A model generated the notes under the pieces. The model ran no database searches and had not been told where the DNA came from. It was given only the letters and a program-made list of their open reading frames with translations. A stretch of 55,051 bases of DNA, filler included, from Squatina squatina (lineage: Eukaryota), in NCBI GenBank assembly GCA_031763465.1. It is 3 parts of 3 records of this genome, joined end to end, with 100 filler letters (N's around TTAATTAATTAA, not from the genome) between each part and the next. Parts side by side here need not be neighbours in the genome. Positions count along the whole stretch, not along the records: positions 18,436 to 41,674 come from JARFOE010000013.1; positions 41,775 to 55,051 come from JARFOE010000203.1; 1 more part is not named here. One strand, given 5' to 3'. This document shows positions 39,120 to 51,510 of the stretch, in pieces. The position numbers and the translations under genes are program-made. How positions within the stretch are numbered: position 1 is the stretch's first letter; each line of letters opens with the position of its first letter.

Positions 39120-39665
39120 TTAAGGTCAATTCCCATTCTCCTTCACTGTCCATTCTCTCTAGTCGAGATCCATGGCACTGCCCTCATTTAGTTCCATTTC
39201 TACATGTGAGATCACCCCACCCCCTTCACTCCACTTTGTCATCGCTGGAATGCTCCAGGGCTCAATTCTTGGATTCCTCCTATTCCCTGTCTACATGCTG
39301 CCTCTCAATTGGGCCAGTTTGCTGACAACAGCCAGCCTTACCTCTCCCTTCAGCTTCATAACCACCACTGTGCTGTCTGACAGCTTATTCAGCAGCAAGT
39401 TGTTGCTGAGCCAGAATCTTCTCCCACACAATATTAAAAAAAAAGAAGCTATCCTATTTAGCCGCCGCCAAAAACTCTCTTCCTGTACGCCAATCCTATC
39501 CCCTCCTTGGCCACTCACTCAGACTGAACCCGACAGTTTGCTTCAAATCCCATATCTTTTCTATCATCAAATCCATCTTATTTCCACCTCTGCAACATCA
39601 CCCACTTCTGCTTTTATCATAGCCACTAAAATCCACAGCCAGTTTTATCACCGTCAGACTGAATT
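39120..39665 (+). mobile_element. L2 LINE reverse transcriptase relic
   Basis: GMLQGSILGFLLFPVYMLPL (GVPQGSILGPLLF motif) and NIKKKEAILF. Confidence 0.75.
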
Positions 39666-39771
39666 TCACCATGTTTGATAATACTTTGTACAGATGACCA
39701 TTTTATGTCTCACTCTGAAGAACTTTACAACTTCAAATCGTATTTTTGAAATGAACACAAATTACTCAACA

Positions 39772-39875
39772 CAGAAGCGAAATACAGTGGATGCTGAGAT
39801 CCAGAATACAAACAAAAAATGCTGGAAAAACTCAGCAGGTCAGGCAGCATCTGTGGAGAGAAAAACAGAGTCAAC
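39772..39875 (-). mobile_element. Penelope-associated terminal repeat fragment
   Basis: GGATGCTGAGATCCAGAATACAAACAAAAAATGCTGGAAAAACTCAGCAGGTCAGGCAGCATCTGTGGAGAG. Second copy at 37885-37970. Confidence 0.65.
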
Positions 39876-40092
39876 NNNNNNNNNNNNNNNNNNNNNNNNN
39901 NNNNNNNNNNNNNNNNNNNNNNNNNNNNNNNNNNNNNNNNNNNNNNNNNNNNNNNNNNNNNNNNNNNNNNNNNNNGATGGGTTTAATTTTTGGTGTGAAA
40001 ATATGTGGTTCTTTGGAGTACAAATTTCTGCGTCTAATTTTTAATTTTCTTTCTTCACAGAATATGACCGACACATAGCATCCCGCAGAAGC

Positions 40093-40281
40093 ATGGCAGC
40101 TGCTTACCTCGACCCAAACTTGAATCACACAGCAGGTTCAGGAGCTAAGTCCCGTTTGAGTATGGAACGGTCCCCTGGTGCCATGGAACGAGTACTGAAG
40201 GTCTTCCATTATTTTGAGAGTAATAATGAGCCCTCAACCTGGGCTATGAACATCAGGCACGGTGATGCCACAGATGTCCGG
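40093..40281 (+). CDS. PTK2: PTK2 (focal adhesion kinase) canonical first coding exon; exon spans 40061-40281
   Basis: Acceptor TTCTTCACAG| at 40060, donor CGG|GTGAGT. MAAAYLDPNLNHTAGSGAKSRLSMERSPGAMERVLKVFHYFESNNEPSTWAMNIRHGDATDVR. Divergent from DENND3, as in mammals. Confidence 0.96.
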
Positions 40282-41534
40282 GTGAGTCAGTGTTTTTATT
40301 CAACTGAAATTTTTCAGAACACTATTCTTTGATACATATTCAAGTTTTTGATTTTCAGTTTTTTAAAATTAGGAAGAAATATTTACATTTTTGAGCCGTT
40401 CACTACTGAAGATGATATTTGATGGTCAGACAGTGGAAATGTACATTCAGAGGAAACCCATCGTTTAACAATTGAGTAAGCAACTAATCCTAACATACTG
40501 CAAAAGTGTGATAGCCTATAAGTGACTGTCAGCCCTAGGTTATGAAGGTCTTACCGACAAGCAAGGATGCTGTTTATCCCATACAATTCTTATTTTAAGC
40601 TCTCTATTATGTATTGATACAGGAAGTTAGCTGGCCAAGAAATGATTCAGCCATTCCCCTCCTGCATTTTCCCTCAGATAAAATGAATACTATCATCCTA
40701 AATGATTTATTTACCTCCAACTCAAATAAATCCACCACTCCTCAACCTGCCAGGGTTTTTTTTCCCCTGAACCTTTCAACCTGTTTAAACTTGAGAGAAG
40801 TATTAAAACTGCAAAGGTACGCTTGTGCTAGTACGGATTATAAACATTGCTGTCAATGTGAGATACAAAAACACCTGGTTGGTTGTCAGGTATTTGGGTC
40901 ACTGGGGGAGGAGCATTAGCCCACAGTCCTGATGCTCTCCCAGCTTAACAAATGGCCTGTGGACCAGTTGCTCTGACTGTTTTTTGCTTAAATACTTATG
41001 GAGGGTAGTTGGGTTATATCAATGCTGATAGCTGCGCTCCCAGGAGAGAAAGCTGCTTGTGTTTACAAGTAATAGGGGTTCTTTGCCTAGCTGAAAGTAG
41101 GCAGCATAGGCATGGTTGGGTCCAGAGAGTTGCTAAGACTAGACGTATCTTTAGAAACCTCTACAACCGTGATTGAGAAGGGCAAGCAGCAGGATGAGTG
41201 CTGGAGCATGCCCCTTTAACCACAGTTCCACCAACACTCGTCTGACAGTCAGATGGAATTCTGAGTACAAGTGGGTTGAACTACATGTAGTGCAGCATTT
41301 TGTTTTGGTGGAGGATGTGAAGGTGATTCTCCGTGCTTCCCTCCAATGGCCCCTTGCGATTGAGTGACTTAAGTCAAATTCCCAGTATTTACACAGGTTT
41401 CAGCCAAACCTCTAAAATGCACAGCCAAAGGCAAAACACTGACCAGATATAACACAACATCCCACCCATCCTTCTCACAGGTACCTAATGAGAACTTTCA
41501 CTTTCTTCATTTGCCCTTCTAGACAGATATCCTG

Positions 41535-41674
41535 TGTCAGTTTAGTTCAGTTGATAGCACTCTAGCCCATGTGTTAGAAGGGTGTGGGTTTAATCGCCCT
41601 CCCCCCCTCCCCCCCGACCCCGCCGGCTCCAGGAACCGTGCACATATTCTACACCTAGTGCAGTAATGACGGAT
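41535..41674 (+). mobile_element. tRNA-headed SINE 5' part, truncated at linker
   Basis: TAGTTCAGTTGATAGCACTCT...AGAAGGGTGTGGGTTTAAT (A/B-box-like), similar to the reverse complement of 54690-54800. Confidence 0.55.
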
Positions 41675-41774
41675 NNNNNNNNNNNNNNNNNNNNNNNNNN
41701 NNNNNNNNNNNNNNNNNNTTAATTAATTAANNNNNNNNNNNNNNNNNNNNNNNNNNNNNNNNNNNNNNNNNNNN
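41675..41774. other. Artificial scaffold-concatenation linker
   Basis: 44 N + TTAATTAATTAA (41719-41730) + 44 N, identical in design to the first linker. Confidence 0.95.
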
Positions 41775-42849
41775 CACAGAGTCAGCCGATAAATACAGAT
41801 GGCGGCTGCCGATGCTCAGGCCCTCCCCGTTAAAAGGCCCATTGCAGCGACAGCTGCGGCCGTGTCCCGTGGGGGAATTCAGACCGCGGGACAGTAAGAA
41901 GGTCACAGCTGCACGGTGAGGGCTGCCGCGCATTTTTATGATGTCGCGCGCCCACCCGCCATGAAATTCCCCGGGCGGGGTGTGCCCCGGGAGAAATTCC
42001 CTGGGAGGTGAGATGGTCAGCTCCCAGCCCCATTTTCTGCATTTTTGCCCCTCGGAGGCGCTAACAGGACGAAAACAGAATTGTGCCCCATGGAATGCTA
42101 TTTTACTGACTACATTGAAAGTGACATCTTGATGCATAGAGGGTTCTGTTTGTAACTGAACATCTCAATAGAACATAAAGGTCAAGATTCTTCCTGTCTG
42201 CTAATGTTGCTTCTAAATGGACAGAATGACTGTATCCCAGGCAACGTCAAACCCATCAGACATTGCGACATACAGCTAATCAATCTGTAATGAATCCTGC
42301 TGGTCTACTGACTTTTGTAATTAAATGTTACTCGTAGAAGGCTCTTCTCCCCTTACTTTATTCATACGACGATGCTTCTGTTTGGATTGGAACTCACACT
42401 AATCATGCAAGTTTCCTCGGCTTATCAGTGTTTTAGCTTCACAAACTACGCACAACATTGATTCCTATGNNNNNNNNNNNNNNNNNNNNNNNNNNNNNNN
42501 NNNNNNNNNNNNNNNNNNNNNNNNNNNNNNNNNNNNNNNNNNNNNNNNNNNNNNNNNNNNNNNNNNNNNCACCCTTAACTTTTTTTTTTAAAAAAAGCAA
42601 TAGTGAGGAACAACTGAAATAAGAAAAGTGCAACACTCCAAGATCCAGAGGCCTGCAGTAATACATAGCACATAAACTGACTGTGTGGCAGCCCTCAACA
42701 AGTGATGCACTGCATGTGTTAGATCCTATTTTCACCCAAAGCCCAAAAGTAGACAAACCTAGGAGACCCACTGGATGTTGAAAGTGGTAACCAAGGAGGG
42801 TAAAGCCAATACTGCTGTGCAGTCTATCAGCTAGCTCTAAAGGCAAGGA

Positions 42850-43145
42850 TGGAGTCCTCCAACTAAATATTGGGGGGGAAAAAGACAATTGGTCCCTGCC
42901 AGTAACTCCATTCCCAAGCCACCAACTCTCTCCCTCTGCTTGGCCACCATCGGAGTCTAAATTAGATGGATCTCAACCCTGGCATCATATTTGACCCCTA
43001 GCTGAACTTCAACCTCATTTGCACCACCAATTTCCACCTCTAACATCACCAGTCTGATCTCTGCTCATCTGCTGCTGAAACAGGAATCCATGCTTTGAGA
43101 CTTAACTACACCCCCTATATAGAGCTGGAGTTCATCCAAAATTGT
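42850..43145 (+). mobile_element. L2 LINE fragment
   Basis: CTCCAACTAAATATTGGG...ATATTTGACCC...TCTGCTGCTGAAAC is colinear with 32860-33150. Confidence 0.7.
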
Positions 43146-43865
43146 GCTAATGTTCAAAACTCTCACTCTGAAGGCAACAACTTGTATGTCTCAGCTCCAC
43201 TATTTTAAACAATTGAGGGTAGAGAAGAGGAGAAGCTGGTTTTGAGTTTTTAAACAAGCTGGCAGTTATTTCTAAAAAAGATTTTAGGCAAGTTTGCTTG
43301 AAAAAAAAATACAAGCAGCAGTATTTCCTGAGATCTAGATTTAGCTTGCTGGTCTTTTCCACCTGCACATGGATCTGGTGAGGTCTGTACTATTCTCCCA
43401 ACTCCTTACACCCTCAAATATTTAGTATTTATTAGAGAAAAACATCCCGTGCAAACGAACGCTGATTAGCTTCACTGTTCCAAAGAGGTAAATTAACAGA
43501 TTAGTTTCATTAAGCTTCATCTTCATTAATACAAGACTCCAAGGCATTAAAATCTTTGATCTCAAAAGACCATGCACTACATTAATTTTATAATCAGTAT
43601 TGTTTTGAAGCTGTACAAGTTTTTCCCTGAATTTAGGACACATACCAAATGTGGACTCCTGATCAGCAACCCATCGCAAGGCCCAGTCAGCCTTCTGCTT
43701 GACACAAGGCATGGTTTCAATTGCATTAAACAAGAACTCCCTGAAGAGCAAGATGGAACCCACATNNNNNNNNNNNNNNNNNNNNNNNNNNNNNNNNNNN
43801 NNNNNNNNNNNNNNNNNNNNNNNNNNNNNNNNNNNNNNNNNNNNNNNNNNNNNNNNNNNNNNNNN

Positions 43866-43962
43866 GGAGGCAACAACACGTTCAAGGAGAGGAAAAAGAG
43901 ATTGGAGATAGGGCAGTAGTTTGCAAGGACGGAGGGATCAAGGGTTGTTTTTTTGAGGAGAT
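43866..43962 (-). mobile_element. L2 LINE fragment
   Basis: LLKKTTLDPSVLANYCPISNLFFLS, the pre-RT motif. Confidence 0.75.
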
Positions 43963-44559
43963 GTGAATGCACTTTGTTTTGAAAACCATCATTTAAATGA
44001 AACTCTTTTCCAAATCCATTGTATGGAAAAGTGGTCAAACAAATCCCAAAACATGACAGGGGTCCTCTGGGGGAATTTCCAGGTTTCTTCAGAAATTGCT
44101 CCACTTTTCAAGCCAAATGTGGTGTCATTCTGGTGTGCCAAAAAAAGCTGGAGAAGAGGTCATCAGTACAGCCGTCCTTGGTGCCTCTTCAAGGTGACCT
44201 AAATGTCTTCATAATCATCTTTAGTGAGCTTGTTGCTTCTTGCTTCTTGTTGCACCAGGTGGTGAAAGGTTGTTGGTAAGATTTCTAATAGGCAGGAGTG
44301 GACTAGCTGAAAAATTGAGCTGCAATTGTGGAGTAGAAGGTGTGGGCTGGAAAGTATGGCTTGAAAAGATTACTGGATGAGGCTGGGAAAAGATTTCAAA
44401 ATGAAGATTGAGGATCTTGAAGTTGTTGGGGCACAGGTAGCCAGTGAAGCCAGGTGAGTCTGGGGGTGAAGGGAAGACTACTTTACGTGGGACGGGACTT
44501 GGGCTGCGGAATTCTGCATTAGTTGAAATCTGTGTAGGCTAAAAGCTGACAAGGAGAGC

Positions 44560-45010
44560 ATTTCAGAAGTTGCGCTTTTGAAGTGTCAACAGTGTGAATG
44601 TGGGTTTTAGCACTGGTGGCAGTAAGATAGGGGCATAACTAGGCATGTTCTGGTGGGATTGAAGACCCAGATGAGGGTGAAATGAATCCACCTGAAGCAT
44701 CGCTGGGCTCAGCCTACTCAAGCATCAGGATGGTTGACGGAGCCGGTGATGGAGGCACTTCTGACATGACCCAACAGGATGGCCTCAGCTTTGCCATTGT
44801 TGAGCTGTAGGAATCCACCCAGGACTTGGTGTTGAATAGGCAGTTAAATTGCAACACCATTGGAGTTAGTGAGGCGACAGAGAGGTAGAATTGAATGTTA
44901 TCAGTGTACATGTAGAAGCTGAACACGTGTAGATGATGTCACTGAGGGGGTAGTGTGTGGATGATGAATAGAAGGGGACCACAGATGGAGCCCAGGGCAC
45001 ACCACAGGTG
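44560..45010 (-). mobile_element. L2 LINE reverse transcriptase relic
   Basis: Minus strand VTCGVP..., GPLLFII, FSFYMYTDNIQFYLS (degenerate YADD), then SW...L motifs. Confidence 0.7.
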
Positions 45011-45736
45011 ACCATGTCACCATGGGAGGTGAAAGGATTTGAAAATGTCCAAATTAAGTGTTAACTGCAGACATGAAATGATTTTGTTTGTAGTCAGTAC
45101 ATTAGTCACAATATGCAAACAGTCAAGACAGTTACAAAATGTACTTCTACTGACCAATCCCACTTACTGCTAAATAAATCTGTGGAGTTCAATGAGTTCT
45201 AAGATGAACCACCAGATGGCGAAAGCTACCACGGTGAAAGGAATTGAATAGTCCTGTTATGAAGTTCGGCCACCCTGTGAGCTGTGCAGATTATGGGTGA
45301 GTAGTGCTTGCACATGAATAAGAAAACACTGCTGCCAAGTATGTGAGGCTTTTGCTGAAAATGCAGTGCATTCCAGTTTCCCATTCACCAAGTGACAGAA
45401 GATCTCCTGTTCAGATCACAACCTCTTCCTCTGATCCCAGTTCATACTGACACTCTCATCCACCTTTCAGCTCACATTGGCTATCTCCCACTTATAGTTC
45501 ACCATTCTGCCCTCCTCCCTCAGCACCACTCCTCATTCCTACAATGTTGCTACGCGACATAGAACTCTGTCAAGTGGGTGCGATTTCCTGATCTTGCAAA
45601 GCTATCATGAGAATTGCTGCCCACAGCATTGAGCATNNNNNNNNNNNNNNNNNNNNNNNNNNNNNNNNNNNNNNNNNNNNNNNNNNNNNNNNNNNNNNNN
45701 NNNNNNNNNNNNNNNNNNNNNNNNNNNNNNNNNNNN

Positions 45737-46118
45737 AACACTCATTCCCTGTACCATAGGCGCACTTTGGCTGTAATGTGTACCATCTACAAGATGCACT
45801 GCAGCAACTCGCCAAGGCTCCTTCGACAGCACCTCCCAAAGCCGTGACCTCTACCACCTAGGACAATGGCAGAAGGTGCATGGGAGAATCACCTCCAAGT
45901 CACAAACCATATTGACTTGGAAATATATCGTCGTTCGTTCATCATCTCTGGGTCAAAATCCTGGAAGTCCCTCCATAACAGCACTGTAGGAGTACCTTCA
46001 CCTCATGGACTGCAGCAGCTCAAGGCGGCAGCTCACCACCACCTTCTCAAGGGCAATTAGGGATGGGCAATAAATGCTGGCCCTGCCACCGACCCCCACA
46101 TCTGGTGACTGAATAAAA
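45737..46118 (+). mobile_element. Non-LTR retrotransposon 3' end (CR1/L2 group)
   Basis: HSLYHRRTLAVMCTIYKMHCSNSPRLL...KSWKSL...KAAAHHHLLKGN*, then a short 3'UTR ending GAATAAA. Confidence 0.75.
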
Positions 46119-46124
46119 TAATAA

Positions 46125-46823
46125 AATTGGACGGCAACTCCTGGCGACCGCACTTGTGCATTTAAACGCAAAAATTCAGAAGTTGCTGTTCTCCTCCAGA
46201 AGCTTCGCTATTGCAGCATCTCACCGAGAGACCCGGCACGGAAATACATGGAAGGGTGTGAAGTTTCTACACTTTGTGATAGATACACACTAAGCACGCC
46301 AGAAAAACTTAGGGCTTTTCCATTCCAGTGTAGGTAAATTTCTAATTGTGCGTTATGTCTAAATTAGTGCCTACCAATCTCTCTGGCACTGAAAAATAAC
46401 TTTTACAAGTGTGGAACTTCATTCATTCAGTTTTTTATTACTGTTGGATATTTAAAAAAAATAAAACAATTTAATTTTTAAATTTCTTTTCTGTCTCTTT
46501 TATCTCTCTTAATCCCATTTTTTTTCCCTCTCTTTATTTCACTTTCTGTAAATGATTTGGCATAGAATTAAATGTTGTAATTGGCACCTCCTGGTTCAGA
46601 CTGTGTCTGCCTTGGTAAGGATTTTTCAATCTGATTGGTTAAGGAGATACACAGGTGCTTGTTTTGTCCACACAGGTTCCAGCTCCCCTATAGAGTGTGC
46701 CGCACTGTTTTGGCTCCATAATCACAGCAAGTTCCACTGGAAAAGCCCATGGAAAGTCTGTGGGCAAGTGTAAGTGTAATGAATGGCTGGCACCCTCTTT
46801 TTACCACTGACAAAATCCAGGCC
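46125..46823. mobile_element. Non-autonomous DNA-transposon-like interspersed repeat, copy 2
   Basis: Colinear similarity with 8843-9280 and the same right terminus. Confidence 0.7.
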
Positions 46824-49075
46824 ATTATGTTTTCTGATTCATTCGAGGGTGATTGTCTATATATAGAGGGTGGGACAGTGCCTGGATGAGTCACGTGACT
46901 TTAATAATGCAAATGATATAAATGACATTTTTATCACACAGATTAAATCCTGGCAGCATTTAGAAAATATTCACGAAATAGCTTTACAGGGGCAACTAAT
47001 CTCTTTTTGACAGGAAATTCTGAGTCTTTCACTATTGAACTATGTATGTTGCCATTAATTGTTTCTGTCAGTGGACAGAGTGTTCCCTTTGGTGAAGCAG
47101 TAAAGACTTTTGACCCGAGTACTGAAGGAAGAGATTAACAGCACTTTGCTCTCCCACCTTGGGAAATATCTTCCCTATTTACTTGCCCACCCAAACACAA
47201 TTACTACCACCAGCCACGCAGCTAGGAACTCACACTATGACTGGTACTGAGGAGAGTCGTAGGCAAATTTCAGAATGGGCAGTGGTGCAAATAACTAGCT
47301 GGTGTTATTAAAGCACAAGACACATAAATTTAAAGTATTTAAACACTGTAGTAGACCTCATCATCCTAGGCATGCTAGTTTGTTTTTAGAAGTATAGAAT
47401 CACTTTTCCTCCTTCATGAAACAGATGGACTCTTGCATCGAACGTATTATATAATCTTTCCCTGGAGTGGAATCGAGCAACATTTTTGTGCCAGTGTACC
47501 CATTGCTTTTCCATTTGTTGAAACTGGAAGTGAAGGAGGAAGAGTGGGTGGGGGTTAAGAAGAAGATGGGAACAGAATTCTACTCATTTATGCATGACAC
47601 CGGGGATTGACAGAAATACATATACAGTTAAAGTTTAAAAGGCAACGTTTGTTTAGAATATGTCAACTTTGAAAACTGCCTCTCTGTACAACCCAAGAGA
47701 AGGAACAAAATGGCAATGGCATATAGACAGAGTGGGAGGCTTAATTCCCTCATTAGATGAGGAATACACCAACTTAAAGAGTTTCTTTAAAGAAGTTACA
47801 TTTTACTCAGTTGAAATTTTTACAGGAATTTGGCAGTGAAGCTTCTGTGGTGTGTCATTAAGAATCTATCATGACAGCCAAGAAGCTACAATTCTAGTGT
47901 GTTACCCCAGAGATGCTAATTCATTACAGTGGGATAACAAAAATATATCCCGCATTCCGAGACTACGCCTGCAGTTTGAAAAACATCAAAGAAAACATGA
48001 AATGTCCGTCACCACACTGTTCATCCTTGAGCCTTACTCTTTTTATGTACAATATATATGCTTCACAATGCGGAGATCCTGAGCACAATACTAATAGATG
48101 CCACAAACTGACTATATCACAATACACAAACCCCATAATAATCACAATAAAGTCAATAGAAAATGAGTCAAGACAATTCATAAGATATTTTGCTGTCTTT
48201 GTGCTCTAATGTTAGTCTAAGTATCAGCCTGAGTATAAAGCATATTTTTGACTCTGTACTCAAGTAAATGTTCTCACTAACATTAGCGAAGAGAGAAAAA
48301 TAAACCCCTAGAAGGCTACATTTAAAATGCTATAGTTTAGTGTGAGTAATCAGTGTAAGGTTTGGTCCTTTGCACGAAGAGGCGAGAGGGTGTTTTATTC
48401 CAAATTAAAAAGGTATTTTTAAGATGTTCCAATATAAGTAGTGAAGATGTTAATACACAAGGGTACAATTATAACATACTAAATATGACACTGAAATACA
48501 ACCTGGTGAAGCTTAACATTGATGAGGTTCTGAGGTGCACTCTCGAAGGTCGTTGTGATCCCACTTGAGCGTGTCCAGTCTTGCTCCAAGAATGTTCTAA
48601 CACATACGATTTACATCTTGACATAGATACATTTTAATCACCCATTTGCTCTGCCTCAGGCTATGCTTAACCCTGTACATTTCCATAAGAAGGCAGAAAC
48701 AGGCAACTCACGGTTTCCCATGCTATGACTCTATANNNNNNNNNNCACACTTTTCTTTAGCTCAGGGCTCGGTAGCTCAATGCATTCATTTGTACATTCA
48801 GCTTTTTATACATTGAGGATACTATACGAAGCAATATGATCACAATCTCCATAGTATTATGAACATTGACTGGGATCAGAACCGAACTTGCAATGACAGC
48901 AAACAAAGTCTGATGTCGTTGTACAGAAACAACTACTTCCCATGTATCCTTGTCTTGCTCACCCCGATTTCTGACNNNNNNNNNNNNNNNNNNNNNNNNN
49001 NNNNNNNNNNNNNNNNNNNNNNNNNNNNNNNNNNNNNNNNNNNNNNNNNNNNNNNNNNNNNNNNNNNNNNNNNNN

Positions 49076-49240
49076 CCAAGGTCCTCCTGAAGTCTGTTAC
49101 TCTCTGTCTCATTGTTCACTGCACTTCTGAGTTGCGTATCATCTGCAAACTTTGAAATTATATCCTGTATACTCAAGTCCAGGTCATTAATATAGATCAA
49201 AAGAGCAGTGGTTCTCATACTGACCCCTAAGGAACACCAC
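49076..49240 (-). mobile_element. CR1 LINE reverse transcriptase fragment
   Basis: LIYINDLDLSIQDIISKFADDTQL...RLQEDL, containing the FADD catalytic motif. Confidence 0.88.
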
Positions 49241-50812
49241 AATATACATTTTTTCTAACAGTCCAGTTGATCTCTTCACCTCCTTTGATTTCAGGCCGTT
49301 ACCAATCAATGACTTTAATCTGACTAAAACACTAGAAAAGCAGCCTGGTGCTATGAACTGTTTAATCTAATTGAATCTATCTACTGTCCACCTGTCTGCA
49401 GGATGTCTGGTCAGGAGACAAACCATCATATCACTATTAGTTTCCAAACCATGCATTTACATGGCTTATGAAAGTATAAGGGTAGGGAAATGAGGCCACA
49501 TACCATGTCGCTGGTTAAACAAAACAAGTTATTTCTGTACTTTGGGTGTTACTTAAACTCCAATGAGTTCATTCTCACTCATGCTCTCTTTCATAGTCAC
49601 ATTCCATTTCAGCTTTATCAGTTATTTTGTGGTGGTTGACGCCTCAGGTATTCATTACATATCTGTCACTAACCTGGCTCAGGTTTTAAAGGAGATCCTA
49701 TCTCTCTTCCTTTCCTATCATTATTCACAATGGAAAAGAAAAGTCAACTTTCACCAGAGACCTCTGCAATACACTAGAGGTTTCTCTTACAATGACTAGA
49801 CAGCCAGTGCAATCTTTCCACAATGTTCTGCAGTCATTGCGGTCAACCAGCTTGCATTTTCCTGCCTTGACCAGATTGCTAACTAAGTACTGCTAATAAC
49901 TACAAGCCTTTCCAATGCATTCACCTGTCATCCAATAAATGCAACACCATAGTCGAGCAGCTAATATCGAGTCAGCCAATCCGCATTCACCTTACCCTAG
50001 TCAAAGATTCTTCTGTTGTGTTCTGTTTGCTATGATAGCCACAGATATCTTGGTAACTTTGAGAAATCATCCTTTCGTAATTCTCCATTAGTAAGGCATT
50101 CATCAAAAGTACGAAGAAATGGGTGAGGTTCACCCATTGGGAAAGCAGGTGTTTCTCTCATTATTATAAATGCAAAGTGCTCATGAATAGGTTAGCATAT
50201 TGCCTACATTGTTTATCTTCTAACTATAGTCCGCAAAGCACAGGACCTAGAAACATACTTTGAAAGCCAGTCAGGATATCGTGTATATATTTGGCACTTG
50301 CCCACAGGTAACTCAGGACATGAACTGAAGAGAAACTTACAGGTCTTTTACACCCTTTTCTGCTTATCGTTTCATCAGTTTCAATGCAGTAATCAAGGCA
50401 CAAAGAGTTGCAATAACTCAATCACTCAATCTGCGCACAAGTCAGAGAGCATTCCTTGACTGCACTCACCCAAACTGTTCAAAAAAAACTATTTTGCAAG
50501 ATACGGCGTTTTAATTGTGCAACACTTATTCCTATCGCTGAGATTGTTTTCATTGCAGTAAAGGGTAAAGTATTGTCTTGTTTTATCATAGCTGTATCTT
50601 TCTCACAAGAAGAAAAAAAATCTTTATCCACTGGCATCAATAGGGGTTTCAGAAAAAGGAAGAGCTCAGTTCTCCCAAAATGTTAACACTTTGCAATACA
50701 AAGGTATCATTTNNNNNNNNNNNNNNNNNNNNNNNNNNNNNNNNNNNNNNNNNNNNNNNNNNNNNNNNNNNNNNNNNNNNNNNNNNNNNNNNNNNNNNNN
50801 NNNNNNNNNNNN

Positions 50813-50985
50813 TATATTCAAGACAGAGATTGATAGATTTTTAGATATTAAGGGAATCAAGGGATATGGGGATAGTGCAGGAAAATGGCATTGGGGTAGA
50901 AGATCAGCTATGATCTTGTTGAATGGCGGAGCAGGCTTGAGGGGGCGAATGGCATACTCCTGCTCCTATTTCTTATGTTCTTATA
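50813..50985 (+). mobile_element. CR1 LINE 3' end
   Basis: IFKTEIDRFLDIKGIKGYG ORF2 end, then GAATGGCGGAGCAGGCTTGAGGGGGCGAATGGCATACTCCTGCTCCTATTTCTTATGTTCTTAT tail. Confidence 0.88.
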
Positions 50986-51510
50986 TAAGGCTTGTATAAG
51001 AGGCTAAAATGCTCTGTTCACTCAGGGCCAAGAAAAGGTGCTAGCTATTGCTGTATTGACTATTTTTTGCCATGGAAGGTACTGCCAACTGCAGAGAAAT
51101 ACACCTTGGCTTGTGAGTCTCAGAGACTCTGGAGGACAACACCTGTTTAACACTTCCACCAAAGTAGAAGCTGCCATCAACAGCAACATAGAAAAGTAAC
51201 AGGAGCATTAGAGCCATCCGTAATAAAGAGAGCATGGCAAGATTGTGTTTGCAAACAATGATGCAAACAGAGAAATGGGCATTATCATGCCATCAATGGC
51301 ATTTGGAGTTAGACATTTCTTTTTATTTCAAATAAATATTTTAAAACTGGATTGAGAAAGTTTGCGGCAACAAATATATTAGAACAGCAGAAGGGTGGAC
51401 AGATTATTACCTACTCCAGCAGCTGAACCTGCCCAAATGCTCGGCAATGTGCCAATGCTCTTTTAGTTAGTACAGCAATCACTAGTATTTCACAGCTGTG
51501 AAACTTCATT

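Noticed and set aside
50341-50430. Possible GRHL exon ending ...SRKGCKRP|GTAAGT on the minus strand
   Set aside because: The donor is good, but the nearest plausible acceptor introduces in-frame stops and the similarity to GRHL is unconvincing.
51041-51235. 64-aa ORF with a hydrophobic, signal-peptide-like N-terminus
   Set aside because: No recognisable domain, Cys pattern or splice support; consistent with a chance ORF.
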